Source of the DNA: a bacterium (Candidatus Gribaldobacteria) CG10_big_fil_rev_8_21_14_0_10_37_21
GTDB lineage: Bacteria; Patescibacteriota; Minisyncoccia; Minisyncoccales; CG1-02-41-26
DNA: 39,300 nt
Direction: 5' to 3'
NCBI GenBank assembly: GCA_002773495.1
Contig: PFAX01000037.1
Location: forward strand, 1-39,300
The position numbers and the translations under genes are program-made. The notes under the pieces are model-generated. The model ran no database searches, had not been told where the DNA came from, and saw nothing but the letters and a program-made list of their open reading frames with translations. Within the stretch, counting starts at the first letter, position 1. Each line of letters opens with the position of its first letter. Shown here in pieces: positions 36,829-39,300 of this stretch.

Positions 36829-38454
36829 TTAATCACTTAAATACTTTAGCATGTAAGTGTCTTTTAAATGATAGCCAAGCTTTCTATAATAACCCCTCAC
36901 GCCAACCCCAGCTATGACAGCTATTTTTTTAAAGTCAGCATCGAGGGCTATTTTTTCCGCTTCTTGCATTAGCTTTTTACCCAAACCCTTGTGTTGAGCA
37001 AAAGCTCCAGTGGGCAGACCACTGGAAACTTCAGCCATTTGCCCATAAGTGTGGATTTCCCTAATTATCGCTCCTTCATTTTTCAAAGGTAATCTTAACC
37101 TTAACAAAGCATAAAGTTTTTCCCTGTTTTTTGTTTCAAAACTTAAAAAGAATTCTTTTCCCTCTGAAGCTAAGTATTCTTCTTTGAAAAGATAGAGCTT
37201 ATCTTTAGGGTTATAGTTTGTCCCTACTTCTCTACAACGAATACACTTACACTTCGTGCCCTCTCTTTTTAGCCCTTCTTGAACTAATTCTCTTAAATTA
37301 GAAATTTGCGCTCCGCCTTCCACTATATATTTTTTTGGAATGTCTCGGATAACCCTTTCAATTCTTACCCATAAGGGTGTTTCTTTTTTTAGGGCAATCA
37401 AAAGTTTTAAAAGTTGTTTTTCGGTATAGGGTTTAAACTTGCCTTTTTGATAAAGCTGATAAACCCCCGTATTTTTCAGCAGAGCTAAAGGATAGATTTT
37501 TATTAAATCAGGCCTAAATCTTTGGTCTTGAAAAACTGATTTGAATGATTCAAGATCTTTTTTAAGAGAACTTCCCGGTAAATTAGGCATTAACTGATAA
37601 GATACCTTAAAGCCCGCTTCTTTTAGAAGTAAAGTCGCTTTAGCGATATCAGCCACGCTATGCCCCCTTTGATTTGTTTGGAGGATATCATTAAAAACAT
37701 TTTGAACACCTAATTCCACCCGAGTTATGCCCAGTTCTCGCATTTTTTGAATGGCTTTTTCGTCTATACAATCAGGCCTTGTTTCAATCGTAATCCCAAT
37801 AATCCTCGCCTTGGCTGTCTCGTTCTTTTTCTGCTCCCTTTTGAGCATTTGGATTTTGTTATTTGGGATTTGTTTAGAATTTAGAACTTTGGATTTAGAA
37901 TTTTTGGCTTTAGTAAAGTTATTGCACGCCCTAAAGCACTCTTTTATAAACCATTTTCTATATGCTAAAGGGTAATAATGCCAAGTGCCACCGATTATTC
38001 TTAACTCTATTTTATCTATAGGGTGGCCGGTTAATTCTAAAGACAAAAGCCGGGTTATCACCTGTTTTTTTGGCGAAAACTTAGTTAAAATAGCTCTTTG
38101 ACAAGCTGGCTCTTCTTTTAAATAACTTTTTGGTAAGTCCTTCTGGGAAGGGCAAAAAAGGCATTTGCCTTTACAGGGCCACGGCTTAGTTAAAATAGAG
38201 ACATTAACAATCCCGGAAAGGGAGCGAACTGGCCTTGTTTTTAAGGCCTGTTCTAAACCCTTATTTTGTTTTATCCTTTTTTCTTGTAAGAGTTTATGAT
38301 AAGCTTTTAATAAGGCAATGTTTTTGGGGCAAGTAATCCCATATTTTTTAGCCATTTTCCTTTTAAAAGAGTTTAAAACAAAGCTGTTTTGGAAACCGCC
38401 TTTTAAAAGTTCAAGAATTATTTTTTCTAAATTATTTTTTATTTCAAACTTCAT
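36829..38454 (-). CDS. elp3: Elp3-like radical SAM / GNAT tRNA U34 acetyltransferase
   Basis: RSLSGI, CKGKCLFCP, PKSY..EP, ETRPD, TRVELGVQ, KIYP, RVIRDIP, CKCIRCRE, IREIHTYG, QHKGLG, GVRGYY. Start at ATG 38454 is my choice and is not certain. Confidence 0.92.
   Translation of the reverse strand: MKFEIKNNLEKIILELLKGGFQNSFVLNSFKRKMAKKYGITCPKNIALLKAYHKLLQEKRIKQNKGLEQALKTRPVRSLSGIVNVSILTKPWPCKGKCLFCPSQKDLPKSYLKEEPACQRAILTKFSPKKQVITRLLSLELTGHPIDKIELRIIGGTWHYYPLAYRKWFIKECFRACNNFTKAKNSKSKVLNSKQIPNNKIQMLKREQKKNETAKARIIGITIETRPDCIDEKAIQKMRELGITRVELGVQNVFNDILQTNQRGHSVADIAKATLLLKEAGFKVSYQLMPNLPGSSLKKDLESFKSVFQDQRFRPDLIKIYPLALLKNTGVYQLYQKGKFKPYTEKQLLKLLIALKKETPLWVRIERVIRDIPKKYIVEGGAQISNLRELVQEGLKREGTKCKCIRCREVGTNYNPKDKLYLFKEEYLASEGKEFFLSFETKNREKLYALLRLRLPLKNEGAIIREIHTYGQMAEVSSGLPTGAFAQHKGLGKKLMQEAEKIALDADFKKIAVIAGVGVRGYYRKLGYHLKDTYMLKYLSD
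37847..37903 (-). repeat. Degenerate short-unit (about 7-nt) repeat insert in elp3
   Basis: ATTTGG/TTTAGAA-type units encoding low-complexity NSKSKVLNSKQIPNNKIQM in frame. Confidence 0.65.
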
Positions 38455-39159
38455 ATGAAACAAGCTTTAGCTGAAAAATTATTAAAACAAACAAGAGAAA
38501 CCTATAATACGATTGCTTATAACTTTTCTAACACAAGAAATCAAATTTGGCAAGACCTTTTGCCTTTATTAGATTATAGCAGAAAAGGTGATAAAGTGCT
38601 TGATTTAGGTTGTGGCAATGGTCGCCTCTTTGCAGCCTTAAAAGGAAAACAAGTTGAATATACTGGTTGTGATAATTCAAAAGAGCTTATCAAGATAGCC
38701 AAACAAAAATACCCAGAATTAAATTTTAAACTAACTGATGGCCTTGTTTTGCCCTTCAAAGATAAGACCTTTGACCTTATTTATTGTATTGCTGTTTTGC
38801 ACCATATCCCTTCAAAAGCGTTAAGGATTAGCTTCTTAAAAGAAGCCAAAAGAGTCTTACATCCTAACGGCTTGTTGATAGCAACTGTCTGGAAATTATC
38901 TTTAAAAGCAAGAAAAGAAGCTTTTCTTTGGTTTTTTCAAAGAGTTTTAGGTAAAACCCCTCTTGATTTGAATGATTGTTTTGTTTCTTGGCAGAACAAA
39001 CAGCAACGTTATGTCCACAACTTCAGCAAGCGAGAGCTGAAAACGCTCTTTAAAGGTGCTGGCTTTAAAGTTAAAGAAGTTAAGGTACTTGCCAAAGAAA
39101 AAGGCAAGAATGGCAAACAAAATTATAACCTAAGCATTATTGCTTTAAAAGAAAAATAG
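38455..39159 (+). CDS. Class I SAM methyltransferase, Trm9/ALKBH8-like
   Basis: YNTIAYNFSNTR..W, VLDLGCGNGR, IAVLHH, ATVW, RYVHNF. Confidence 0.8.
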   Translation: MKQALAEKLLKQTRETYNTIAYNFSNTRNQIWQDLLPLLDYSRKGDKVLDLGCGNGRLFAALKGKQVEYTGCDNSKELIKIAKQKYPELNFKLTDGLVLPFKDKTFDLIYCIAVLHHIPSKALRISFLKEAKRVLHPNGLLIATVWKLSLKARKEAFLWFFQRVLGKTPLDLNDCFVSWQNKQQRYVHNFSKRELKTLFKGAGFKVKEVKVLAKEKGKNGKQNYNLSIIALKEK

Positions 39160-39230
39160 CTTCCATAGCTCAACGGACAGAGTAATGGCTTCCGGAGCCA
39201 TCGATACAGGTTCGAACCCTGTTGGAAGCA
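39159..39230 (+). tRNA. tRNA-Arg(CCG), CCA not encoded
   Basis: GCTTCCA/TGGAAGC acceptor stem, ATGGC-TTCCGGA-GCCAT anticodon arm, GGTTCGAACCC T-arm. Confidence 0.96.
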
Positions 39231-39300
39231 CAAGCATAGATGATAGAATACATATTGTGATTTTTTACAAAAAGATAATTAAAGAATTTTTACAAGATTT

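Noticed and set aside
39159..39300. tRNA as an integration site of a genomic island
   Set aside because: No duplicated tRNA 3' end or integrase seen in the window; sequence beyond the edge cannot be assessed.

Overview
AT-rich bacterial chromosome segment spanning the replication origin (rpmH/rnpA/yidD/yidC/jag <- oriC -> dnaA-dnaN). Gene content (VirB2-like pilin fusion, VirB4, PrgI, PilB, compact polA, Elp3-like protein, few Shine-Dalgarno motifs) points to a Patescibacteria/CPR, probably Parcubacteria-type, genome using genetic code 11 (dnaA ends in TGA). Left of the origin is a chromosomal type IV secretion-like cluster whose VirB4 carries a 589-aa LAGLIDADG intein in Walker A. Right of the origin are cell wall, recombination and repair genes, a type II R-M pair, a disrupted uvrB and tRNA-Arg(CCG). 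Highlights: (1) head-to-head Elp3 + Trm9/ALKBH8-like methyltransferase genes with abutting start codons, a candidate bacterial mcm5U34 pathway; (2) an unannotated ~110-nt structured RNA with its own promoter, terminator and five upstream 9-bp boxes; (3) a 45-aa, 67% acidic microprotein absent from the ORF track, with a consensus promoter and a 22-bp hairpin; (4) dispersed heptamer repeats and 20-bp palindromes, two of which coincide with the uvrB frameshifts; (5) an L,D-transpeptidase/D,D-carboxypeptidase fusion. All calls come from reading motifs by eye; no database searches were run.
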